Below are positions 7,301 to 15,341 of a DNA stretch of 23,185 bases, in pieces. A model generated the notes under the pieces. That model was not told where the DNA came from. It was given only the letters and a program-made list of their open reading frames with translations, and searched no databases. Each line of letters opens with the position of its first letter. Within the stretch, counting starts at the first letter, position 1. Source of the stretch: Candidatus Micrarchaeia archaeon (GTDB taxonomy: Archaea > Micrarchaeota > Micrarchaeia > Anstonellales > Bilamarchaeaceae); assembly GCA_046538155.1 (NCBI GenBank), contig JBKHJL010000014.1:1-23185 (forward strand), given 5' to 3'. The position numbers were made by a program, and so were the translations under genes.

Positions 7301-8519
7301 GGAACTTTCCCATGAACTCTGCAACTTCTGATTTTACCTTAGACTGTAGGGCTTCATCTTCCGGATTCTCAAGCACCCTTGAAAACATCTCTGCAACCAC
7401 CTTCATCTCTTTTTCCTTCATGCCGCGGGTAGTTGCTGCAGGAGTGCCAAGGCGGATTCCGCTTCCCACAAATGGCTTTTCCGTATCATAGGGAATTGTA
7501 TTTTTGTTGCAGATTATGCCGGCATTTTCCAGGGCATTCTGGGCAATTTTACCGTTGAGCCCCCTGGACTTGACGTCCACCAATACCAGGTGATTGTCCG
7601 TTCCCCCGGAAACAAGGCGGAAACCTTCCTCTTTCAGTCCATCAGCGAGCGCTTTTGCGTTCTTTACAATCTGGGAGGCGTACTCCTCGAACTCGGGTTG
7701 CATTGCATTATGAAAGCAGACTGCTTTTGCAGCTGTTATGTGGTCCAGGGGACCGCCCTGGGAACCGGGGAAAACACCCTTGTTTATGGACTTGCAGTGC
7801 TCCTCTCTTGCAAGGATTATTGCTCCGCGGGGACCGCGGAGGGACTTGTGAGTAGTTGTAGTAATCACATCAGCATAAGGGCCTGCGGGCATGTGCGCAT
7901 CCCCTGCAATCAGGCCTGCAATATGCGCAATATCGCAGAGCAGGTATGCTCCGCAGGCATCTGCAATCTCCCGGAACTTGTCAAAATAAACCGTGCGGGG
8001 ATATGCGGTGTAACCACACACAATCATTTTTGGCCTGACCTCCTTTGCCTGCTCCATTATTGCTTCATAATCAAGCTGCTCGGTATCCCTGTCAACACCA
8101 TAGCTTACAATATTGTAGAGCTGACCGGAGAAGTTTACAGGACTTCCGTGGGTAAGGTGTCCGCCCTGGTCCAGCTTCAGGCCCATAAAAGTATCCCCCT
8201 CATCCATCAGGGCACGGTAGACCTCAAAATTGGCTGAAGAGCCGGAATGAGGCTGAACGTTTGTGCAGGGCATTCCGAAAAGCTTGGTCGCGCGCTCAAT
8301 TGCAAGAGTTTCAATCTGGTCTATGAATTCATTTCCTGCATAGTAGCGCTTGCCAGGATAGCCTTCAGAATACTTGTTTGTAAGCACTGAGCCGGAAGCT
8401 TCAAGCACCTCTTTTGGGGCATAGTTCTCAGATGCAATTAAATCAAGCGTATCCTTCTGCCTTTGCAGCTCTTTTTCAACAAGCGAAAATACTTCTGGGT
8501 CCTTTTCCTTTAATATCAT
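7281..8519 (-). CDS. glyA: Serine hydroxymethyltransferase, bacterial THF-dependent type
   Basis: LIASEN, KYSEGYPGKRYY, GGHLTHG, TTTHKSLRGPRG (PLP lysine), GIRLGTPAATTRG. GGAGG RBS. Confidence 0.98.
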   Translation of the reverse strand: MILKEKDPEVFSLVEKELQRQKDTLDLIASENYAPKEVLEASGSVLTNKYSEGYPGKRYYAGNEFIDQIETLAIERATKLFGMPCTNVQPHSGSSANFEVYRALMDEGDTFMGLKLDQGGHLTHGSPVNFSGQLYNIVSYGVDRDTEQLDYEAIMEQAKEVRPKMIVCGYTAYPRTVYFDKFREIADACGAYLLCDIAHIAGLIAGDAHMPAGPYADVITTTTHKSLRGPRGAIILAREEHCKSINKGVFPGSQGGPLDHITAAKAVCFHNAMQPEFEEYASQIVKNAKALADGLKEEGFRLVSGGTDNHLVLVDVKSRGLNGKIAQNALENAGIICNKNTIPYDTEKPFVGSGIRLGTPAATTRGMKEKEMKVVAEMFSRVLENPEDEALQSKVKSEVAEFMGKFPIYGDL

Positions 8520-8586
8520 TATTAAATCCTCCCGAAATAATTCTCAGGGGCAACTATTTAAAGAATGCTCCCATACTGTTTGGAAC

Positions 8587-9741
8587 ATGCTCAATGAAAC
8601 TGCGGTATATCTTAACCAGTATGTGGATGTTGTGCCCGGAGGACAACCAATAATCTCCTTGGTTTCCTTCGTAGCGCTTGCGATTATTTTCTATACTGTT
8701 ATCATGACATTGTTCAGGACCATCAACCTGATAACAAGCAAAACAAAGACAACGCTTGATGACCACCTCATCAAAAACATGAGAAGGCCCATGAAATGGT
8801 TGTCTGTAATCTTTGCAGCATACATTGCACTGCACATATTTTATCCCCAGTTCAACCTGTGGGGGCACGGAACAGACCAGATATTTGCAATACTCTTCAT
8901 AATGGTAGGAACATACACAGTGGATAAAATACTCTGCGCGCTGATGGACTGGTACCTGGAAGAGATGGCTCCAAGAACAGAAAGCAGATTTGATGATGAG
9001 ATTTTTCCCCTGTTCAAGAAAATAGGGAGGTCCCTTGTTTATGTTATCGGGCTGACTGTGGTGTTCAACCAGCTGGGCATAGAAATCTCTGCACTGTTAG
9101 CCGCTCTGGGAGTTGGAGGTCTTGCAGTTGCCCTTGCCCTGCAGGATACACTGGGAAACTTCTTTGCGGGAGTACATCTCCTTGCGGACAGGCCGGTGAG
9201 GCCCGGGGATTATGTCAAAATAGAGGGCACTGATGTGGTTGGTACAATAGAAGAGATAGGCTGGAGGAGCACAAAAATAAAGACATGGGACAACAATGTG
9301 ATTTATGTCCCCAACTCCAAGATGTCCTCCAGCATCCTTCTGAATTACTATAACCCTGGAGAAGAGATGGCATATGCAATGTCTTTCGGAGTAAGCTATG
9401 ATGATGATCCCGAAGAGGTTATAGATGCGCTGAAAGAAGCTCTCAAGCGGACCTCCGAGAAAACAGGAAAGATTGTGGATCCGGAGAACTCTGTAGTAAG
9501 GGCAGACAACTTCCTGGACAGTGCAATAGACTACAAGGTAATCGTAAAAATACCTGTATATGGGGACAGGTTCGGTGTGCAGGGAGAAATGACAAAGCAG
9601 ATATTCTATGTGTTCCAGGAGAGAGGGATAACCATACCCTACCCAACCCATACCATATACATGAACCAGGAGAAAAAAGCAGAAGAAACGCGAAAGAAAC
9701 TAAAAAGCAAAAAGAAGGGCAAGCAGAAGAAGTCCGGATAA
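8587..9741 (+). CDS. mscS: Small-conductance mechanosensitive channel family protein
   Basis: TM3 LGVGGLAVALALQDTLGNFFAG, RPVRPGDYV, GTIEEIGWRSTKI, VPNS, GITIPYP. Confidence 0.94.
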   Translation: MLNETAVYLNQYVDVVPGGQPIISLVSFVALAIIFYTVIMTLFRTINLITSKTKTTLDDHLIKNMRRPMKWLSVIFAAYIALHIFYPQFNLWGHGTDQIFAILFIMVGTYTVDKILCALMDWYLEEMAPRTESRFDDEIFPLFKKIGRSLVYVIGLTVVFNQLGIEISALLAALGVGGLAVALALQDTLGNFFAGVHLLADRPVRPGDYVKIEGTDVVGTIEEIGWRSTKIKTWDNNVIYVPNSKMSSSILLNYYNPGEEMAYAMSFGVSYDDDPEEVIDALKEALKRTSEKTGKIVDPENSVVRADNFLDSAIDYKVIVKIPVYGDRFGVQGEMTKQIFYVFQERGITIPYPTHTIYMNQEKKAEETRKKLKSKKKGKQKKSG

Positions 9742-9746
9742 GCGGA

Positions 9747-10211
9747 CTACTCTTCTTCATTCCCCTTTTTCTTGAAAAGCTTTGCAATCTTCCTCTTTAT
9801 TGTGGTGGGTATGGGAACCGCCATGTCCACGAACTCAACAGTAAGCTCATCCTTGTTTTCATCAATCTTGATTACCTTGGCCTTGTCCCCTTTGAACGCG
9901 CCGCTCTTTATCTCCACCACATCACCCAGCTCAATAGTAAGAGCTGCAGGCTTTTCCGCAGTTATCATCTTCTTTACTTCATCAAGCTCTATGGGCTGCT
10001 TAAGGATACCCTTTACGTGCCTGGTTTTCTGGGCAAGGTGGACTGCATCGTTTTCAGAGCCAACCTCAACAAAGAGGTAGCCCTTTACATTCTCCGGAAC
10101 CAGAAGGGAATAAACAGCAAGCTTCTGGGCCTTTGCCTTTTTCTCAAGCATCTGGGAAACAATCTTTTCCTGTCCTGTTGTTACCCTGAATATATAAATC
10201 ACGGAATTCAC
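9747..10211 (-). CDS. spt5: Transcription elongation factor Spt5 (NusG family)
   Basis: VTTGQEK, KGYLFVE, KOW motif GDVVEIKSGAFKGDKAKV, AVPIP. Conserved position after secE; GTG start. Confidence 0.95.
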   Translation of the reverse strand: MNSVIYIFRVTTGQEKIVSQMLEKKAKAQKLAVYSLLVPENVKGYLFVEVGSENDAVHLAQKTRHVKGILKQPIELDEVKKMITAEKPAALTIELGDVVEIKSGAFKGDKAKVIKIDENKDELTVEFVDMAVPIPTTIKRKIAKLFKKKGNEEE

Positions 10212-10373
10212 CTATATAACGCTGAATATGAGGTACATTGCCATACCGATGCTTCCGACTACCAAGAGACCGAGCCCGGTAATCTTAATTATCTCATCCA
10301 GCTCTTTTTTTGTTGGCTTCCGCGCTATGTGCAGTATGCGCATGCAGCGGTTAAGGAATCTTATTGAAAACAT
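10212..10373 (-). CDS. secE: Protein translocase subunit SecE/Sec61gamma (53 aa; not in the supplied ORF track)
   Basis: Manual translation MFSIRFLNRCMRILHIARKPTKKELDEIIKITGLGLLVVGSIGMAMYLIFSVI*, with the RKP motif and a TM helix, located between ftsZ and spt5. Confidence 0.93.
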   Translation of the reverse strand: MFSIRFLNRCMRILHIARKPTKKELDEIIKITGLGLLVVGSIGMAMYLIFSVI

Positions 10374-10378
10374 GGGGT

Positions 10379-11755
10379 TCACCCTATTATGTCCAGGTCA
10401 ATGTCCTCAAGCCCTTCAGGAGCCTTATCCTGCACCCCGTACCTGGGGAACTTCACTCCTCCGAGCACTACAAGGACATTAATGGAGGACTTCTTCATCT
10501 CCTCTTCAACCCGCGCGCCCCAGATTATGTGGGCATTGGGATGGATTCTCTTTGCTGTTTCTGCAACGATGAGCTCTGCCTCCTTCAGAGTCATGTCCTC
10601 TCCTCCTACAACGTTTATAAGGGCGCGGTTGGCCCCCTGTATCTCTGAATCAAGAAGGGGGGAATTAAGGGCGGTTTCTATCGCGATTGTGGAGCGCTCA
10701 TCATTCTTTGCATCAACTGAAGCCTCCCCAAGGCCTATCATTGCATAACCCGCATCAGACAAGATGGTTTTGAGGTCTGCAAAATCAACATTCATCATTC
10801 CTGAGCAGGTTATCATCTCTGCAATTCCCTTTACCGAGCCTGCAAGCACCTCATCACATACCTTGAATGCTGTATTGAGGGGCAGGTCCGGAGCTATGGA
10901 GAGAAGCTTGTCATTTCGGATTACAATGAGGGTGTCTGTATGCTTGCGGAGCTTTTCCAGGCCCTGCAGGGCATTCTCCATCCTTATTCTGCCTTCAGAA
11001 GAAAATGGCAGAGTGACTACCGCAACAGTAAGAGCGCCCATATCCTTTGCAATCTCTGCTACCAGAGGTGCGCTTCCTGTGCCGGTTCCTCCGCCGAGGC
11101 CGCATGTAATGAAAACCATGCTTGCACCACCAAGGCTTTTCTTAATGTCCTCCTTGCTCTCTTTTGCCGCATTGAGACCAATCTCCGGATTGCTTCCCGC
11201 GCCCCTTCCCCTGGTAAGCTGCTTTCCCAGAAGGACTTTCTTGTTTGCATGAACCTTAAGGAGGTGGTGGGCATCCGTATTCATTCCTATGAGTGTCATA
11301 TCCTGTATTCCGAGTTCAAAAAGCCGGTCAAGAGTGTTTGAACCGCTTCCGCCTGTACCTACAACATAAACATTTGGCTTGCTCTCCTCAATGAACCTCA
11401 TTATCTCTTCATCATCGTTTATCTCTTCCTTTATCGGGGGAGCAGAATCAGGTGCAGAATTTTCCCCGGGATTCTGACCGGGGGGGGTCTGTGAAGCAGG
11501 TTCCTGCTGTTCACCGGGCTCTTGGGCAGGTTCGGGCTGCTTCGGCTCAGGGACAGGCTGTTCAGAGTTGATATTTGCCTCTTCTGCTTCCTGGCCTGGA
11601 ATCCTTTCAGAATGTGACCTGCCTTCGTTCTGGGAAGAAGGGGGCTGAGTTGCAGGGGTCTGCTGCTCCCTCCCCTCTTCCGGAAGTGGAAGGCTCTGCC
11701 GGGCAGCCTGTCCGTTCTTTTTTTCCTGTGTACTGTTGGTTTCCTCTGACAACAT
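10379..11755 (-). CDS. ftsZ: Cell division protein FtsZ (FtsZ1 type) with long N-terminal low-complexity extension
   Basis: GTGGSGSN, GAGSNPEIG, GLGGGTGTG, T7 loop NVDFADL, IIWGA. ATG 11755 is preceded by GGAGGTG. The track's longer ORF runs into the tRNA. Confidence 0.96.
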   Translation of the reverse strand: MLSEETNSTQEKKNGQAARQSLPLPEEGREQQTPATQPPSSQNEGRSHSERIPGQEAEEANINSEQPVPEPKQPEPAQEPGEQQEPASQTPPGQNPGENSAPDSAPPIKEEINDDEEIMRFIEESKPNVYVVGTGGSGSNTLDRLFELGIQDMTLIGMNTDAHHLLKVHANKKVLLGKQLTRGRGAGSNPEIGLNAAKESKEDIKKSLGGASMVFITCGLGGGTGTGSAPLVAEIAKDMGALTVAVVTLPFSSEGRIRMENALQGLEKLRKHTDTLIVIRNDKLLSIAPDLPLNTAFKVCDEVLAGSVKGIAEMITCSGMMNVDFADLKTILSDAGYAMIGLGEASVDAKNDERSTIAIETALNSPLLDSEIQGANRALINVVGGEDMTLKEAELIVAETAKRIHPNAHIIWGARVEEEMKKSSINVLVVLGGVKFPRYGVQDKAPEGLEDIDLDIIG

Positions 11756-11800
11756 AAACACCTCCAAGAGAAGTAAGTGCTGTATAAATAATGAGAAATA

Positions 11801-11808
11801 TTTATAAA
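11801..11808. promoter_or_regulatory. Palindromic TATA box (TTTATAAA), likely the ftsZ operon promoter
   Basis: Lies ~46 nt upstream of the ftsZ ATG. Being palindromic, its direction is ambiguous. Confidence 0.5.
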
Positions 11809-11902
11809 GTGGGGAGAAGGAGGGGTACCGGCAAACCGCTAAACTCTGTGCCCTCATAAAAGGCAGCTCGTGGCCAAAGCGCCGCAAAAGAGCTGCACAG
11901 TA

Positions 11903-11976
11903 TGCCCTCACTGGGATTCGAACCCAGGTTCCAAGCTCCGCAAGCTCGTGTCCTGTCCAGGCTAGACTATGAGGGC
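11903..11976 (-). tRNA. tRNA-Arg(GCG), intronless, CCA not encoded
   Basis: GCCCTCA/TGAGGGC acceptor stem, anticodon arm CGAGC-TTGCGGA-GCTTG, T arm CTGGG-TTCGAAT-CCCAG. Upstream TATAAAAA at 12005-12012 on the minus strand. Confidence 0.96.
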
Positions 11977-12076
11977 ATTGGTAGAATTTTTGAGGGGGGA
12001 AGGGTTTTTATACTGTCTTGCTTCACATCATTCCATTAAAGAACACTTTAAATACCTTACTGCCCCTAAAATAACC

Positions 12077-12862
12077 ATGGCAAGGCCGGTTAAAGCAGAA
12101 AAAATAAAAAAACCCATGCGCAAGGCTGCAGTTGCTGCAGTGGTTTCCATATCGCTGGCCGCAGGCGGGCTGGGAGGATACCTTGCAAGAAACCCTGAAA
12201 AGGTGGGATGGGGCACGGGAAGGGCAAAACCCACAGAGATTTTTGCTTCAAAAAAACCAGGCCCTGAACCTGCAGTGGAGAAAAAGCCGCAAAAAGAAAC
12301 CGGGGAAAAGAAGAAGGAGGTATTGCTTGAGAGAACTTCCGTACCTTGGAAAAATAAGGATGTGGAAGGAGAAGGCAAAAAAGCCCAGGAAATAGATAAA
12401 GAGAAAGAAGAATTAACAAAAGAAACACAGAAAAAAAATGCAAACGTTTTAAGAAAAAAACGCAGAAAAAGCATTTCTGATGAAAAACTGATTGCTTGGA
12501 TGACAGACCCAATGGTGGAAAAACAGCCGGAAACTTCCTGCGCAGATGTGGCTGAAAGCATTGCAGTTATGAGAGCGCTTAATGCAGGGCATGGGGATAA
12601 AGTAAAAAAATACTTTGAAAAGAAAAAAGCAAGAGAGGGGCGGGCAGAAAAAAGAGAGAACGCCAGGGAGGAAATGGCACGCATGAGAAAGAGAGCAGAG
12701 AAGAACAGGTTAAGCGTAGAGCCGCAGGGTCCTGCTTCAAAAAGACCTGAAGTCAAGCCGCACATGGAAGAACCCCATATACCTGTGGACAGGGAAAAAT
12801 ACCGGCACTACAGAAACAGGGATAGATGTGCGGACAGCGAAATTGAATGCTCCCCATTCTGA
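12077..12862 (+). CDS. Hypothetical Lys/Glu-rich protein with N-terminal membrane anchor or signal peptide
   Basis: Basic N-terminus then AAVAAVVSISLAAGGLGGYLA. TTTAAATA box ~23 nt upstream of ATG 12077. The track's start at 11969 overlaps the tRNA. Confidence 0.7.
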   Translation: MARPVKAEKIKKPMRKAAVAAVVSISLAAGGLGGYLARNPEKVGWGTGRAKPTEIFASKKPGPEPAVEKKPQKETGEKKKEVLLERTSVPWKNKDVEGEGKKAQEIDKEKEELTKETQKKNANVLRKKRRKSISDEKLIAWMTDPMVEKQPETSCADVAESIAVMRALNAGHGDKVKKYFEKKKAREGRAEKRENAREEMARMRKRAEKNRLSVEPQGPASKRPEVKPHMEEPHIPVDREKYRHYRNRDRCADSEIECSPF

Positions 12863-12945
12863 TAATTTTGCAGGGGAATGCCAAGTTTTAAAAATCGGTA
12901 TAATCTTAATCCCATAGCTATTTTCATTCATTAAGGTGAGTAAAA

Positions 12946-13095
12946 ATGACAAAAAGATGCTCAACATGCGGAAAACTTGCAAAAGACTTTGCTGAGTTTC
13001 CCTGCCCTGAGTGCGGGAAGCCCATAGTGCGGTGCGACCAGTGCAGGAAAACGAGAAACCAATATGTATGCGAATGTGGATTTGAAGGTCCATGA
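12946..13095 (+). CDS. Zn-ribbon microprotein (DUF1610/HVO_2753-like), 49 aa; not in the supplied ORF track
   Basis: MTKRCSTCGKLAKDFAEFPCPECGKPIVRCDQCRKTRNQYVCECGFEGP*, with four Cys pairs and a GFEGP terminus. GGTGA RBS; conserved position upstream of ef1b. Confidence 0.92.
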   Translation: MTKRCSTCGKLAKDFAEFPCPECGKPIVRCDQCRKTRNQYVCECGFEGP

Positions 13096-13104
13096 GGTGT
13101 TATC

Positions 13105-13353
13105 ATGGGAGAAGTTGCTGTTACGATAAAGGTTTACCCGGAAAACCCGGAAAAGCTTGAAGAAATAAAGAAAAAAATCGGGGAGATTGTGAAAGTTGCA
13201 AAAACAAGTGAAGAACCCATAGGGTTCGGGCTTGTCGCTGCAATTATTACATTTGTGATGGAAGATTCAGGGGGAATTGAAGAGATAGAAGAGAAAATTG
13301 CCGCAATCCCTGAAGTCAGCCAGGTGCAGGTTTCAGGAGTTGACAGGATATAA
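13105..13353 (+). CDS. ef1b: Archaeal translation elongation factor 1-beta
   Basis: MGEVAVTIKVYPE, EEPIGFGLVA, GGIEEIEE..V..VDRI. GAGGTG RBS. Confidence 0.95.
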   Translation: MGEVAVTIKVYPENPEKLEEIKKKIGEIVKVAKTSEEPIGFGLVAAIITFVMEDSGGIEEIEEKIAAIPEVSQVQVSGVDRI

Positions 13354-13376
13354 TTTTCTTTCTTTAGTTATGGCCA

Positions 13377-15026
13377 TTACTGTTCAGGATGTTTTTCTTC
13401 TATTATGTACTTCTTTTCCTTCTTTTTCATGAACAGGAAATATATGTAGGCAGCAAGGCCTGCAAGGAAAAGTGCACCCAGTGCATAAGCAAGTGTGGGC
13501 TCCCCTTTTGAATCAATATTGAACATTTCAGTGCGGTATCCTGGGCGCTCCACAACAACCTCCTGGTTTCCGGGGGGCAGGGAGAGAGTTACCTGCCCGT
13601 TTCCTGTAAATGTGTTTCCTGCAGCAGTTACTTCAACATCGCTTATCAGCCCTCCTTGCTCATCAACAACTGTTATGTTAAATTCAGCATCTGCACGCAC
13701 CGAAGAAGGATAAGTTATTGTCATTAAGGCTTCGGTATCATCTTCAACATGCACAAGGGAAATCCTGCTGTAGGGCTCATTCTCCGTTCCCGAAGAATCA
13801 GAAACCCTGCATTCCACTTCTATTATTTCATATGGATAAACAGAAGGGTCAAAGCTGTATGACCATTCTGTGCCGTTCAGCTCGTTCCATTCGCCTTCAT
13901 TAATACGGAGCTGGGCAGTGGGGCTCCCATAACTGGAATAGGCAAGCCCGGAAATCGTGAGTTCAGCATCCCCTATCTGCGAATCCGGAGCAGGGTAGAG
14001 TATGCTGCATGCCTGGGAAGAGTCTATCCCATATACCTTGGCATCCTGGGTTCCGAGCACAACCTGATTATTGAAGAATGCGGGAGAGCTGGGCCAGTCA
14101 GGGAAAGAGCGCTTAAAAAGAATTTTTCCTTCATCAGGCTCAATTGCATAAATGCTCTTTTTTGTGGTCAGGAAAAGAGTGTCACCCTGGGCAGAGGGGA
14201 CCAGCACCATGGTGCTGCTGACCATCCCGTCCAGCTCAAGCGACCACTCCACCCGCTCCCCTGTAACTGAATAAAGGTGGTTTTCAGAAGTCCCCACAAT
14301 CAGATTTCCCTGGTGCTCAATTGGAGTTGTGGTTATCTGCTCAAAAAGATTGGTTTGTGTTCTCACCTCACCGTCGAACATCCCCAGGCCATAGAGCATT
14401 CCTTCTGAAGTGCCGGTATACAATGTGTTTGCAACAAGGGTGGGGGGAGCGTCCCATAGATTGCCCACCTGCTGCTTCCAGAAAAAAGTTCCTGAAGTGC
14501 GGATTGCATAAACATACCCGTTGTAGCCAAAAATAACATAGCTGGGGGTTGCAAGGGGCCGCGTGATAAACTGGCCGGGGGCCAAATCTTCTGGGGGGCT
14601 CCCCTCCATATCTTCTGAGCCGGGCATGAAATTCCAGGCAATCGTGCCGTCGCTGTTGAGTGCCTGTATCCCATTGTCATCTGCAACATAAATCTTATCG
14701 GATGCAGAAACAGACTTTACGCCCGGGAGGTCTATCTCCCAGGCAAGCCCCCCGCTGGTAGTAAGGGCAGTTATTTTGCTTTGGGAGGGCACGATTATTT
14801 TTCCATCAAAATGAACAGGGGAGGAAACAACCCGCTCCCCTACATTATAAGACCATTTTATGAAAGGGGGCTCTATGGAATAAACCCTGCCATCGGAGGT
14901 CCCGACAACAACCCGGGAACCATAAACAAGTGGCTGGTTTTCCACGGCAGAACCCGAATCCACCTTCCATGCCTCTCCGGCAAAGAAAAGGGAAACCAGC
15001 AAAAGCAGGAATATTGCCTTCTTCAT
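13377..15026 (-). CDS. Membrane-anchored surface protein with PQQ-like beta-propeller repeats and Ig/PEGA-like C-terminal domains
   Basis: Signal peptide MKKAIFLLLLVSLFFA, repeated VVVGTSDGRVYSI/LYTGTSEGMLYGL/VLGTQDAKVYGI blades with Trp motifs, C-terminal TM helix plus basic tail. Confidence 0.85.
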   Translation of the reverse strand: MKKAIFLLLLVSLFFAGEAWKVDSGSAVENQPLVYGSRVVVGTSDGRVYSIEPPFIKWSYNVGERVVSSPVHFDGKIIVPSQSKITALTTSGGLAWEIDLPGVKSVSASDKIYVADDNGIQALNSDGTIAWNFMPGSEDMEGSPPEDLAPGQFITRPLATPSYVIFGYNGYVYAIRTSGTFFWKQQVGNLWDAPPTLVANTLYTGTSEGMLYGLGMFDGEVRTQTNLFEQITTTPIEHQGNLIVGTSENHLYSVTGERVEWSLELDGMVSSTMVLVPSAQGDTLFLTTKKSIYAIEPDEGKILFKRSFPDWPSSPAFFNNQVVLGTQDAKVYGIDSSQACSILYPAPDSQIGDAELTISGLAYSSYGSPTAQLRINEGEWNELNGTEWSYSFDPSVYPYEIIEVECRVSDSSGTENEPYSRISLVHVEDDTEALMTITYPSSVRADAEFNITVVDEQGGLISDVEVTAAGNTFTGNGQVTLSLPPGNQEVVVERPGYRTEMFNIDSKGEPTLAYALGALFLAGLAAYIYFLFMKKKEKKYIIEEKHPEQ

Positions 15027-15298
15027 TTGCCCGCCACTAAGGAATCATGCTTCCCTTCTTCAATCTCCCGTATCACCTGCTGGCTATCCTTTCCATCAAT
15101 TTTGATGCCCATGCTTTTGCAGGTGCCGGCCGCTTCCTTGAGCACTGCCTTGAGTGAGGCGCCGAGGGAAACATCCTCCTTGCTCTTTGCAATATCCACG
15201 AGCTTTTCCAGGCTTATCTCCCCAACAGATTCCCTGTCTCCGGTGCCTTTGTCAACGCCTGCTTCCTTCTTTATCATATCTGAAATCTTTTCGGCCAT
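15023..15298 (-). CDS. rpl11: Ribosomal protein uL11, C-terminal (rRNA-binding) domain only, ~91 aa
   Basis: IKKEAGVDKGTG..VGEISLEKLVDIAKSK..SLKAVLKEAAGTCKSMGIKIDGKD..IEEGKHD matches the archaeal L11 CTD. Only 43 nt separate it from the gatE stop. Confidence 0.88.
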   Translation of the reverse strand: MAEKISDMIKKEAGVDKGTGDRESVGEISLEKLVDIAKSKEDVSLGASLKAVLKEAAGTCKSMGIKIDGKDSQQVIREIEEGKHDSLVAGK

Positions 15299-15341
15299 TG
15301 CTACCAACCTGACTATATTCTCATACTTTCTTAAGAGATTT

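Noticed and set aside
7590..8237. 215-aa plus-strand ORF and similar antisense ORFs within folD, mscS, ftsZ, gatD/E and folC
   Set aside because: Shadows of well-supported genes.
11756..11911. Extra 52 N-terminal codons of FtsZ in the ORF track
   Set aside because: They overlap the tRNA and promoter region; the strong RBS is at ATG 11755.
11969..12076. Upstream start of the 297-aa ORF
   Set aside because: It begins inside the tRNA and spans the divergent promoters.
12028..12765. 245-aa Phe/Ser-rich minus-strand ORF
   Set aside because: Antisense mirror of the Lys/Glu-rich plus-strand gene.
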